This document shows positions 49,675 through 59,291 of a stretch of DNA of 64,000 nucleotides, piece after piece. The position numbers and the translations under genes are program-made. This DNA is from Christensenellales bacterium (GTDB taxonomy: Bacteria > Bacillota > Clostridia > Christensenellales > CALWSW01). Within the stretch, counting starts at the first letter, position 1, and the number at the start of each line of letters is the position of its first letter. Below the pieces are notes generated by a model. That model was not told the origin of the DNA and did no database searches. It saw only the letters and a list, made by a program, of their open reading frames with translations. Location of the stretch: NCBI GenBank assembly GCA_040768925.1, contig JAXGLZ010000001.1, positions 943,677 to 1,007,676 on the forward strand, read 5' to 3'.

Positions 49675-49893
49675 TCACAACAGATTTTCAGGCGCGATAT
49701 TCAACGCTTTACATATGGTCATCACTACACAAAAAGAAGCGGTAGCAATATCACGCTCTCCACTTTCAAACCTCTGATATTGCCGCAGATGTATCTTCGC
49801 CGCGTCTGCGGCTTGTTGTTGCGTCATATTGTTTGCATGTCGCGCCTGTTTCAAAATGCTAGTTCCACGAAAAAAGGATTTCGGTTTTTCCAT
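49675..49893 (-). CDS. XRE-family HTH transcriptional regulator (Cro/CI-type)
   Basis: 72 aa, LKQARHANNMTQQQAADAAKIHLRQYQRFESG. Confidence 0.75.
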   Translation of the reverse strand: MEKPKSFFRGTSILKQARHANNMTQQQAADAAKIHLRQYQRFESGERDIATASFCVVMTICKALNIAPENLL

Positions 49894-49899
49894 ATGTGT

Positions 49900-50256
49900 T
49901 CACCGCATCCGGCTGCCATTGGCGAGATTGAACACCGCCGCCGGCATATCTCCAGATTCCACGAGTGAACCCTTAAAGAAGTATCGGCTGCCTTCTTCCC
50001 AGCCAATCCTATACTGTAGGGCGGTTAGGAAGGCGATGCGGGCAACCTCACAGGATTGCTTTGTGCTTTTCCAGAAGTATTTCGGGATTTCGTAAGCATC
50101 AACATCATCTATCCCCGCCGGGGAGATAAGAAGATTTCCTTCAAACTCATCATACCAGAAATTAAGATGCGTTGGGTTGCCGAGCAATTTAATCATATAG
50201 CGGGATAAAAATATTCGTTTTCGTCCGAGACAAACCCGCATAGTCACATTATTCAT
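49900..50256 (-). CDS. hypothetical protein
   Basis: Start set at MNNVTMRV to avoid overlap with the upstream gene; no recognisable domain. Confidence 0.4.
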   Translation of the reverse strand: MNNVTMRVCLGRKRIFLSRYMIKLLGNPTHLNFWYDEFEGNLLISPAGIDDVDAYEIPKYFWKSTKQSCEVARIAFLTALQYRIGWEEGSRYFFKGSLVESGDMPAAVFNLANGSRMR

Positions 50257-50257
50257 C

Positions 50258-51001
50258 TTATTCGTCAACCTCCTGCCTTGATCGGATACCTCCATATGGT
50301 CTGTGGATTAGTTCTTCCGGAGTTGGTAGTTTTGCCTCAATCCGCGAATCATGACGCTCACCTGTTTTGTTGTCGACAGTCACGAACGTGCTGGCCGTAT
50401 CCACACGATATTTGGCATCGATCTCCTCGAGGGTATAACCGAAGCGGCCTTTCCAATCCTCCGGCATATTGATGACCGTACTTCTCTTTTGTTTGCCATC
50501 ACCGGATTCGACAACTTCTGTAAATACCTGCAGGCACTCATCTAAGTTGAATACAATGATTTTCTTATCGCCAAGCTCTTGAAAGATTGCCATACTTCGG
50601 TATTTGGCCGCGCGATTCCAACCCATCATCTCGTATACCATGCTGCAGAAAATTCTCGCCATACATTTCCGAGGGTTATTCCGTTCGCCTTTCAGATTGG
50701 CGAACTTAAGAGAATCCCTGTCATAATCCATACATGCTTCAATAATAATACGTTGGTTCGCCTCGTCGACATTGATCACCACATACTGATTGTCGGGGAA
50801 TAGATTCACACATGACATATTAAATGTCACGCTGTCAATCGCGAACGTGATTCTGGGCTTGAATATAGGCGAAAGAAAATCACCGCGCACGCGCTGCACA
50901 TTTCCCTTTTTCATTTCACTGTAATCTTTAAGTCCACCGCGACTCTTTTGGCCAGTCTCGGTAATGAGCTCCACGCTTAATTGTTCTCTATTATCATCCA
51001 T
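50258..51001 (-). CDS. hypothetical protein sharing a ~150-aa domain with the C-terminus of the adjacent serine recombinase
   Basis: VYEMMGWNRAAKYRSMAIFQELGDKKIIVFNLDEC vs recombinase FYELMGWQRDWKYKVTANYFTKADEQVIIFDLNCC; also ITFAIDSVTF vs IATISRFGIAF. Confidence 0.5.
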   Translation of the reverse strand: MDDNREQLSVELITETGQKSRGGLKDYSEMKKGNVQRVRGDFLSPIFKPRITFAIDSVTFNMSCVNLFPDNQYVVINVDEANQRIIIEACMDYDRDSLKFANLKGERNNPRKCMARIFCSMVYEMMGWNRAAKYRSMAIFQELGDKKIIVFNLDECLQVFTEVVESGDGKQKRSTVINMPEDWKGRFGYTLEEIDAKYRVDTASTFVTVDNKTGERHDSRIEAKLPTPEELIHRPYGGIRSRQEVDE

Positions 51002-52706
51002 CGTGTTCCCTCATTTCCGCGATTCTCTTTTCGACTTCACTGCGAGATAATGGCTTGAAGTCGAACGCTTCAACAGCCGAAGCCGCAGCATCAATATCCC
51101 ACTTATCCAGCCCATTTGCCAGCGCGCGCCTACACAGCATCATATACTCCGGCAATCCATCACCGAACTCAGATATCCATTCGCTGGGAATTGCCCTTAT
51201 GGGCTTGTCCCCGCGCTTACTATCCCTGAAACGGAATTCACAGCAATTCAAGTCAAAGATGATCACCTGCTCATCAGCCTTTGTGAAATAGTTTGCCGTA
51301 ACCTTGTATTTCCAGTCCCTTTGCCAGCCCATTAACTCATAGAAAACACGAGACAACTCCCGCGCCGGGATCGCGTGGCTGTTCCATGGAACAGCGTTTT
51401 TGTTGTGTTTAGTGGCTCTTCTAATAGCAAGCAGCCGCTCGTTGGGGTGCAGCAGCACTTCGACGCAAGCGGTTTCTTTCAGAAGTGATATACATCCTGA
51501 GCTGAAGGCGATTCCAAAACGCGAAATGGTCGCTATCGCTGCGTCCTTGTGGCCAAACAACTCACGACGAACGCGTTTCGCCCCTGATATATGCGCGACT
51601 TCAGCTTCGATATTTTTGTAAGGAACGCGCGCCATAACAAGCGCGCCCAAGTAATGGCCAGCATCATAGCCGCCAAATGCCAGATTCATGGGGATAAACC
51701 CCGAAAGCAATCCTCGCTTAATAACTTTTACTTCATACAAGTGGTTGAAGAATGGAGAATCATGATTGGCCTTTAGGAGCAGCAAGGCTCTCGCGTGTTC
51801 GCCTCTTGAGACGATTGCCTCATGATGATCCGTTTCATAGAAAATTCTTCGTTGCCCCGTGTTGCGCCTTACTTGGTGAGTGAGAAAATTGATCGTATAG
51901 CCCTTTTGCATTAAAATGTCGCCACAGTATTTTTCGTTTCCGCAGATACCGGCAACGGCAGCTTTTGACCATTCCAGCTTTCCCGTAGCCGTCGGGCGCG
52001 CCAATTCGGTCAGTAGCGAAGCAATTTCCTTTTCAGAATATCCCGATAAAAACAGATCATATATCAGCCGTACTGTTTTCGCGCCCTCCGGCTCAATTTT
52101 CAATCCATACTTTCCATCCTTGTTATATCCCAGCAGATTCATCGCCGGGCAAAGATAGCGTTCATCCTCGTACATCTCTTTTAACCCGAACAGAACGGAT
52201 TTGGATTTCAACTCGCTTTCAAGCTCGGCGAACATTGCGAACATGGTGAGAAACATCTTGTTGCCGGCATCCAATGTATTCAAGTTGTTGTTCTCAAAAT
52301 ATATGCCAACCGGCGGGTCAAGCGTCAACAACTCCTGTACAGTATTCAAGCAGTCGATGACGTTTCGGGCGAATCTCGAAACCTCCTTTACAACAATCAG
52401 GTCTATTTCTCCATCCTTGCAGGCCTCAACCATCTGGCGAAACCCAGTACGATTCCTAACGCTAGTGCCGCTGATGCCCTCGTCGGCGAAGATTCCGACA
52501 TACTCCCAATTTGGGAATTGCGCAATGAATTTTTCATAGTGGGAGCGTTGGTTTTTTAAGCTATTTTCTTGGTCATGACTGTCTGTGGATACTCGAATAT
52601 AGGCACAGGTACGCAGCTTTTTAAGCCGCCAATCCTTGCTGTCATAAATCGGATCGATTTCTGAAATTATCTTCAGTTTCTGGCTTCTTGCAGGTTTGCC
52701 GCCCAT
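50994..52706 (-). CDS. large serine recombinase with atypical C-terminal domain
   Basis: N-terminal resolvase domain (AYIRVSTDSHDQENSLKNQ ... VVKEVSRFARN) plus recombinase domain; the C-terminal 200 aa are not DUF4368 but a domain shared with the ORF at 50258-51001. Confidence 0.85.
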   Translation of the reverse strand: MGGKPARSQKLKIISEIDPIYDSKDWRLKKLRTCAYIRVSTDSHDQENSLKNQRSHYEKFIAQFPNWEYVGIFADEGISGTSVRNRTGFRQMVEACKDGEIDLIVVKEVSRFARNVIDCLNTVQELLTLDPPVGIYFENNNLNTLDAGNKMFLTMFAMFAELESELKSKSVLFGLKEMYEDERYLCPAMNLLGYNKDGKYGLKIEPEGAKTVRLIYDLFLSGYSEKEIASLLTELARPTATGKLEWSKAAVAGICGNEKYCGDILMQKGYTINFLTHQVRRNTGQRRIFYETDHHEAIVSRGEHARALLLLKANHDSPFFNHLYEVKVIKRGLLSGFIPMNLAFGGYDAGHYLGALVMARVPYKNIEAEVAHISGAKRVRRELFGHKDAAIATISRFGIAFSSGCISLLKETACVEVLLHPNERLLAIRRATKHNKNAVPWNSHAIPARELSRVFYELMGWQRDWKYKVTANYFTKADEQVIIFDLNCCEFRFRDSKRGDKPIRAIPSEWISEFGDGLPEYMMLCRRALANGLDKWDIDAAASAVEAFDFKPLSRSEVEKRIAEMREHDG

Positions 52707-52721
52707 ATACTAATCCCCCCT

Positions 52722-53684
52722 CTACAACGACCAATACCAACCATCAGCGTGTTTGGTGGATTTAACTTCAAGCGCCTTTTTCGCGGTGTCGACAGTTCTT
52801 TTGCTGACACCGGCGTTGTGGAAGTGTTCATATATCTTTACGCAAGCGATTCTTCCATTTTGGAGCATAGCGCTTAGAGACTCCCTTGTTTCCGATAGTT
52901 TACCACACTCGTCCGGCAGTCCGTCCCCAAGCAAAAGGTCTTCGGCAGTGATGTCGTATTCTCCAATCCAGCGTATGGATGAATTATTGTTTATCTCAAA
53001 GGCAATCGGCTTCCCTTCTGGAGCGAGACTGTTTTTCAATTGCGCCATCACCCGTATTGAAGGGTTGCTCTTAATCCGGCCTACCAGAAGTACGCTCCTA
53101 GCGGCGGCAGTAATATCAATGGAACCGAGACCGCGATAAATTCCCTTCGATCCACTCGCCTTGTTCATATGCCCAATAACAATGATCGCGCAACCAGTAC
53201 GCTCAGCCATCGCCGTCAATTGTCTCATCATGGGGCGAACGCCATCTGCGCGATTCATTTCACTGTTTTCTCCGAGATACGCTTGTAAAGGATCAAGAAC
53301 GACAAGCCGAGCTCCCGTTTCTATAATCGCATCCTCGATTCGATGGTCGTTCAGCGTTAGGCCAGATTCCGACTCGTCAATAAAAGCTATCCGTGTGCAG
53401 TCGGCACCTGCGCTGACCAGTCTCGGCTTGAGTGTATCTTCCACGCTATCTTCAGCAGTTTGATAGATTGTTTTTACGGAGGAGATTTCGACTTCCGACT
53501 CCGGCATAGGGGTTCCATTCGAGAGAAGCGCAGCGATATTCAACACGAGCGTGGTCTTTCCATCTCCGGGATCGCCTTGAATGATCGTTATCTTTCCAAA
53601 CGGAACATATGGATACCATAGCCAATCCACTTTGCGGGCCGTAACCGATGAATAATATAGAATTGGCGCGCTTTTTCTCCCCAT
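52722..53684 (-). CDS. AAA_25 / RecA-like ATPase (replication-relaxation associated, ICE/IME-type)
   Basis: Walker A GDPGDGKTT, Walker B LVVLDPL; 320 aa. Confidence 0.75.
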   Translation of the reverse strand: MGRKSAPILYYSSVTARKVDWLWYPYVPFGKITIIQGDPGDGKTTLVLNIAALLSNGTPMPESEVEISSVKTIYQTAEDSVEDTLKPRLVSAGADCTRIAFIDESESGLTLNDHRIEDAIIETGARLVVLDPLQAYLGENSEMNRADGVRPMMRQLTAMAERTGCAIIVIGHMNKASGSKGIYRGLGSIDITAAARSVLLVGRIKSNPSIRVMAQLKNSLAPEGKPIAFEINNNSSIRWIGEYDITAEDLLLGDGLPDECGKLSETRESLSAMLQNGRIACVKIYEHFHNAGVSKRTVDTAKKALEVKSTKHADGWYWSL

Positions 53685-53793
53685 TCAGATCTGATCTCCT
53701 TCCAGACATACCCGCACGCAAAGTATTCTATCATAGTGGGTTTAGCTACACCATGTAGCTATCCTCAAAAAACTATGATAGGAGATTGGAGAA

Positions 53794-54147
53794 ATGGAGA
53801 ATTTTTTTAAGATCGACCTCAAGGTGGTCGGGGCGCGCATCAGGAGCGCGCGCAGGGGACTGGGCTTGACACAGGAAAAAGCAGCGGAGCTATCATTTAT
53901 CACCGGTCAGTTCTGGAGCCTTCTTGAATCAGGACGGGAGCGAGCCAGCATCAATACCTACCTGCAAATCGCCGCCATTCTTGGCTTGACACTCGATGAT
54001 CTGTTCTACGATGACGCCATGGCACTGCGCGTCCATAAATCTTTCTCGTATGAAGGATTGTTGGCCGACTGTTCTGATTATGAAAAAGCGATCCTCAGTG
54101 AGTCACTTCTCGCGTTAAAGACGATTTTGGAACGAAATAGATCATAG
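53794..54147 (+). CDS. XRE-family HTH transcriptional regulator
   Basis: LGLTQEKAAELSFITGQFWSLLESG HTH; divergent from the AAA_25 gene. Confidence 0.75.
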   Translation: MENFFKIDLKVVGARIRSARRGLGLTQEKAAELSFITGQFWSLLESGRERASINTYLQIAAILGLTLDDLFYDDAMALRVHKSFSYEGLLADCSDYEKAILSESLLALKTILERNRS

Positions 54148-54369
54148 CAGGGATACCCTTTGCAACCTTGCAACCTTGACACTCTTTCATATAAAATACC
54201 CCGGAATATCAAGGAATACTGAGCGAAGTAAAGGTTGCAATTAGCACTTTATTTTTGCAACCTTGACAGCGTCTTTTGCATTGTTGCCATACTCAGCGAT
54301 ATGTCCTATACACAAAAGAAAAACCCACAGGATGACGGTCTACACACCGCCACCTGTGGGTTTTCCATC

Positions 54370-55770
54370 TTACTTATTATTTATATCCGCATGGATTTCG
54401 ACGCCATCTCTGAACTTCACAGTCATTTCGCTCTCCGAATGGACGGTCACCGATTCGATAGTGGCAAGCCAGAGTTTTTCGTCAAACTCGGTAACCAGCT
54501 TATCATGGCATTTCAAATCGTCAAGGAAGCTTGTTATCCTTTCTCGCTTGGCGGTGCGTTCCAACAATTTATCGTTGATTTCAGCAATGCCGTTCCGAGC
54601 GGCTTCGTAGCGCTTCATTAAAACATCGTATCGTCTGTTGTACTCATTTTGATCCAGAACGGTGCGGGCGTTTTCTTCTACGCATTTTCGCATAAGCTCC
54701 ATGACGATATCATATTCGCTTTTAAGCTCCGCCTGCCTTTTTTCAAGGGAGGAAGTGTCGGTCAGCGTCAGAATTACAGTCTCGTAATCACTCAAAATCT
54801 CATCCTTGTTTTCGATGAGCTGATTGAATACCTCCACAAAAGCCTTCTGCAAAGCCGTCTCGTAAAGGTGTGGCGTGTTGCATTGTTCACCTTTGTATTT
54901 GTGGTTACACTGCCAAATGGTTCGGCGGTACTTGCTGGTGGAATGCCAGACCTTCGAGCCGTAAACACCACCGCATTCGCCGCAGATAACCTTGCCGGAG
55001 AACGGACTATCGCTGGCTTTGTAGCCTCGGTATCCTTTACGCTTGCTGAGTTCGTGTTGCACCATGTCGAAGGTCTCCGGCATGATGATGGCGGGATGGC
55101 TGTTCTCCACATAATACTGCGGAACCTCGCCTTCATTGACCTTCATCTTTTTCGTGAGAAAATCCACGCAAAAGGTTTTTTGCAAAATCGCATCGCCCTT
55201 GTATTTCTCATTTTGCAGAATGCTGAGAACGGTAGTGGACTGCCAGATCGTCTTGCGCGCCGGTGTCAGAATACCGCTCTCAGTTAGATGCTTCGCAATC
55301 CATGACGGCGTTTTGCCTTCGAGGAACAGCCGGTATATCATCCGGACAGTGACCGCCTCTGATTCCACAATCTTCGGCAGACCGTCCTCACCTTTTTCAT
55401 AACCAAGGAAGCGTTTGTATGGAAGCGTGACTTTGCCGTCCTGCATTCGTTTACGCTGTCCCCATGTCACGTTTTCCGATATAGAACGGCTTTCTTCCTG
55501 TGCCAATGACGACATGATGGTAATGAGAAGCTCGCCCTTGCTGTCCAGCGTGTATATATTTTCCTTCTCGAAATAAACCTCCACGCCTTTTTCCTTAAGC
55601 TGCCGGACGGTGGTCAAACTGTCAACTGTGTTTCGGGCAAACCGGCTCACCGACTTTGTGATGATGAGGTTGATTTTGCCGTCCAGCGCATCCAGCACCA
55701 TCTGCTTGAAGCCGTCCCGCTTGGCGGTGGAGGTCGCTGAAATACCTTCATCAGAGTGAACGCCTTATGG
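54370..55770 (-). pseudogene. large serine recombinase lacking the N-terminal about 60 aa including the catalytic serine (5'-truncated)
   Basis: Frame opens at ...GVHSDEGISATSTAKRDGFKQMVLDALDGKINLIITKSVSRFARN right after a TAA; no start codon and no YxRVS motif; the rest (recombinase domain, zinc ribbon, coiled coil) is intact. Confidence 0.75.
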
Positions 55771-55865
55771 ACAATTCCCCAAGGGTTGTCCCGATCACAA
55801 AAAGCTCATGTCCGCAACCCCTGCTTGTTTCTATTCCTATCATTTCACATTGTGTAAAACAAGAA

Positions 55866-55891
55866 GCGGCTCCGGTAAAATACCGGAGCCG
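55866..55891 (-). terminator. terminator downstream of hcp (GCGGCTCCGG-taaaata-CCGGAGCCG)
   Basis: Read directly. Confidence 0.6.
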
Positions 55892-55907
55892 TTGCTGCGT
55901 TTATAGT

Positions 55908-57530
55908 TTAGTTCATGAACAGCGCGATGTCGTCGTCCACATTGCCGATGCCTGCGATGCCGAAGTTGTCCACCAGCACCTTTGCCACGTTCGGCGAGAG
56001 GAAACCCGGCAGCGTCGGCCCAAGGTGGATGTTCTTCACGCCCAGCGAGAGGAGCGCAAGCAGCACGATGACCGCCTTTTGCTCATACCACGCGATGTTG
56101 AACGCCAGCGGCAGCTCGTTGACCGAGGTGAGCTTGAACGCCTCCGCGAGCTTTTGCGCGATGACCACGAGCGAATAGCTGTCGTTGCACTGCCCCGCGT
56201 CCAGCACGCGCGGAATGCCACCGATGTCGCCCAGATTGAGCTTGTTGTACCGGAACTTCGCGCAGCCCGCGGTGAGAATCACAGTATCCTTGGGCAGTTT
56301 TTCCGCGAACTCGGTGTAATACTCGCGGTTCTTCATCCGTCCGTCGCAACCCGCCATGACGAAGAATTTCTTGATTTTTCCGCTCTTAACCGCGTCGATG
56401 ACCTTGTCCGCGAGAGATAGCACCTGCGCGTGAGCAAAGCCGTTGACGATTTCGCCTTGCTCAATCTCGACCGGAGACGGCAGGGTCTTTGCCAGCGCGA
56501 TGATGGCGGAGAAGTCCTTTTTGCCGTTCACGTCGGGTTTGATGTGCTTGCAGCCGGGGAATCCCGCCGCGCCCGTGGTGAAGATGCGCGCGCGGATCTC
56601 CTCGCTCTTGGGCGGGACGATGCAGTTGGTCGTGAAGAGAATCGGGCCACGGAACGATTCAAACTCGGTGAGCTGTTTCCACCAGGCGTTGCCGTAGTTG
56701 CCGACGAAGTTGTCATATTTCTTAAACGCGGGGTATGCGTGCGCGGGCAGCATCTCGCCGTGGGTGTAGACATCCACGCCCGTGCCGCGCGTCTGCTCCA
56801 GCAGCTGCTCCAGGTCGACCAAATCGTGGCCGGAGACGAGAATCGCGGGGTTAGAACGCACGCCGATGTTGACCTTGGTGATCTCCGGCGTGCCATAGCG
56901 CGCGGTGTTCGCCGCGTCTAAAAGAGCCATGGTCTTCACGCCGTAGGCTCCCGTCTTGAGCACGAGCGCGGTGAGCGCGTCCGCGGTCAACGTGTCGTCC
57001 AGCGTCGCCGCGAGCGCTTCGTAGACAAACGCCGCGATGTCGTCGTCCTTACTGCCGAGGTTTCTCGCGTGCTCGGCATACGCCGCAAGCCCCTTGAGGC
57101 CATAGACCACCAGTTCACGCAGGGAGCGTACATCCTCGTTCTCGGTGGCGAGCACGCCGACCTGCTCCGCTTTTTCGAGCAGCTGCGTCGTGCCGGAGAC
57201 GGCGAAGTTCGCCGCGTCGTGATCTTCAATCTTGCAGGGACGCAGGCTATCACGTAGCGCCAGCATCTTGATGACCTGTCGCTCGACGGCATCCGCGTCG
57301 AAGTTTGCGTTCGTGATGGTCATGAACAGGCTCGTGAGCATCTCGCCGTTGAGCGCGTCGAGCTTTGTCACGTCGAGCTTGTCGTTGACCACGATGGTTG
57401 AAATCCCCTTGAGCGTGTAGAGCAGCACATCCATGCGTTTTGAGACATCCTCAGTCTTTCCACAGACGCCGCGCACCGTGCAGCCCTTGTTACCCGCGGT
57501 TTCCTGACACTGATAGCAAAACATACCCAT
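55908..57530 (-). CDS. hcp: hydroxylamine reductase / hybrid-cluster protein
   Basis: N-terminal [23 protein letters not shown] cubane-cluster motif, about 540 aa; start at MGMFCYQC (GGAGG 10 nt upstream). Confidence 0.9.
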   Translation of the reverse strand: MGMFCYQCQETAGNKGCTVRGVCGKTEDVSKRMDVLLYTLKGISTIVVNDKLDVTKLDALNGEMLTSLFMTITNANFDADAVERQVIKMLALRDSLRPCKIEDHDAANFAVSGTTQLLEKAEQVGVLATENEDVRSLRELVVYGLKGLAAYAEHARNLGSKDDDIAAFVYEALAATLDDTLTADALTALVLKTGAYGVKTMALLDAANTARYGTPEITKVNIGVRSNPAILVSGHDLVDLEQLLEQTRGTGVDVYTHGEMLPAHAYPAFKKYDNFVGNYGNAWWKQLTEFESFRGPILFTTNCIVPPKSEEIRARIFTTGAAGFPGCKHIKPDVNGKKDFSAIIALAKTLPSPVEIEQGEIVNGFAHAQVLSLADKVIDAVKSGKIKKFFVMAGCDGRMKNREYYTEFAEKLPKDTVILTAGCAKFRYNKLNLGDIGGIPRVLDAGQCNDSYSLVVIAQKLAEAFKLTSVNELPLAFNIAWYEQKAVIVLLALLSLGVKNIHLGPTLPGFLSPNVAKVLVDNFGIAGIGNVDDDIALFMN

Positions 57531-57697
57531 ACGAAACATCCTCCTGATCCTGCGATTTTGCGCAGGTTCTGTCATTTTTTTGTTCAGCTTTAGTGTAGTG
57601 TTGTTTCCCTTTCTGTTCTGTTTGATTTGCAACGTGTTTTGACTTTTTCGATTTTTCTTTACTGATTGCGAATGCGCTGAAGATGTTATGTCATCAT

Positions 57698-58075
57698 TTA
57701 AGCATCATGGGTGTATAGTATTCTTATTTTGTCGGAATCAAATTCAATTAATCGTTCATCTCTCATTTTCGCTAACTCTCTCGAAAGAGATGTTCTTTGC
57801 ACTCCAATCCTCTCAGCCAGTGCTTTTTTCGTTATTGCTAATCTTATCGTCTCCGTTTCCTGTCTCTTGCTTTCATAATCCAAGTAACTAATGATGCATT
57901 CACGTATTGTTCGGTTCACATAGTGCTTGATTCTATCCCCAAGAATGACCGAATGATCCGAAATATACTCAAGATACCTTATAAAATCTGTCCGACTTAC
58001 TGTTGACAATCCAGACCAAACGGCGTGGGTTGGGGCCATGAATTCGATTAAGGTGCAGACGCAGGAAATTGTCAT
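57698..58075 (-). pseudogene. Crp/Fnr-family regulator C-terminal HTH fragment (HcpR-like), cNMP-binding domain missing
   Basis: ...ITKKALAERIGVQRTSLSRELAKMRDERLIEF is the HTH_Crp_2 signature; only about 40 aa precede it; the upstream region is AT-rich with a shifted-frame short ORF. Confidence 0.5.
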
Positions 58076-58350
58076 CCATCAAATAGTTCTGTTAATATAA
58101 AAATAAGTTGTTTCATGCACCTAACAACAATAATGCTCCTTTGGCAAGGTGAATTGGCCAAGAGATAGTGGGCAAAAAAACACGAATCAAAACTCTTGCG
58201 CACATTTAAGCTGAGCAGGGGTTTTGTAGTCCGAAGCGTAGGCCGACGCTCTTTGCTAAAATGCTCAACAGCACGCGTGACTGTTCCATGTAGGTCGTTG
58301 TTATGAAAAATATCAAAATCATGCCTAAGCATATGCCGGCACCGGCCTGA

Positions 58351-59024
58351 GCGGCTACGGTTGCCGGGACAATTTCATTCTGGGCAACCGCATCGGCGTT
58401 GACGCAAACGGCAATCCGCTGCCCAACGGCTGCGGCATCGAGATATATACCGGGCAGCGGCATGGCACGACCGGCGGCTACACGCAAGCCGAGGGGAACC
58501 TTGTCGTGGGCGGACCAATCTCGATGCGCATCACGAACCGCGGCATTCAGGACTGCTATATCGCGGGCAACTTCATCGATAACCCGAACGGTGCCGGAAT
58601 CTACTTTGAGGATGGTGCAAGCCACAACTTCGTACAACAAAACACCTTCTCAAAAACGCGCTATAGTACCATCCGCGTGGACTACGGCACGGGCAACGCA
58701 ATTCTCGGCAATACCTTTCCTTATATGAACAATACCGATGAGCTGATTCTGCTGCTCGAGGGCGGGAATCTCGAGCTGTCCGCGCCGGTCGTCGAAACGG
58801 CGAAAGACCGCTCCGTTTCCGGCATGGCGGGGCCGTATGACTGCGTGGAAATATACCTGATCGACAAGGCGAACATAATATCGCTCGGTTTTACATATGC
58901 GGATGCGGAAGGCAGATTCGCGTTTGTGCGCGAGCAAACGCTTTCGGGCAGTAAGATCATCCTCATTGCCACGGACAAAGCCTGCAATACGTCCGCCTTC
59001 TCCAAACCGTATCGGATCGGATGA
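58351..59024 (+). pseudogene. right-handed parallel beta-helix repeat protein (NosD/pectate-lyase-like), 5'-truncated fragment
   Basis: Open frame from a stop at 58348 with no start; repeats such as NRIGVDANGN, ITNRGIQDCYIAGNFIDNPNGAGIYFEDGASHNFVQQNTF. Confidence 0.5.
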
Positions 59025-59291
59025 CGGCATAGCCGCACCTTTTACGGTATAGGGCGGGAAGCAGCAATCCCCTTTTAGGCGGACTGCTGTTTTATGTGGG
59101 AAAATTATTTTACATATATAATCGATGGGTGCCTCGCTTTATTCTCGAGCCGATTTTCCCCTTCCCGGATTGTTTTCAAAGCATATAGGAGAATTAAATA
59201 TCGAAAATTGACAAAACAATTTGTTTTTCAACGGAAATCATAGTAAAATTATCATAAGGATTTTGGCTCATATTCCCTTATGGAGGTCGCC

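Larger units (their letters stand above)
41900..55780. mobile_element. decayed composite integrative/mobilizable element region (lower GC; 3 large serine recombinases, AAA_25 ATPase, XRE regulators, Fic, IS256 remnant, truncated genes)
   Basis: Gene content and GC shift; the right edge coincides with the 5'-truncated recombinase abutting the hcp terminator. Confidence 0.5.

Noticed and set aside
54235-54621. Two overlapping plus-strand ORFs (128 and 115 aa)
   Set aside because: Antisense to the 3' end of the truncated recombinase and overlapping its terminator
55767-56420. 217-aa plus-strand ORF
   Set aside because: Antisense to hcp
58072-58332. 86-aa minus-strand ORF upstream of the Crp/Fnr fragment, considered as its missing cNMP-binding domain
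   Set aside because: Translation does not resemble a cNMP-binding beta-roll; AT-rich filler in a different frame
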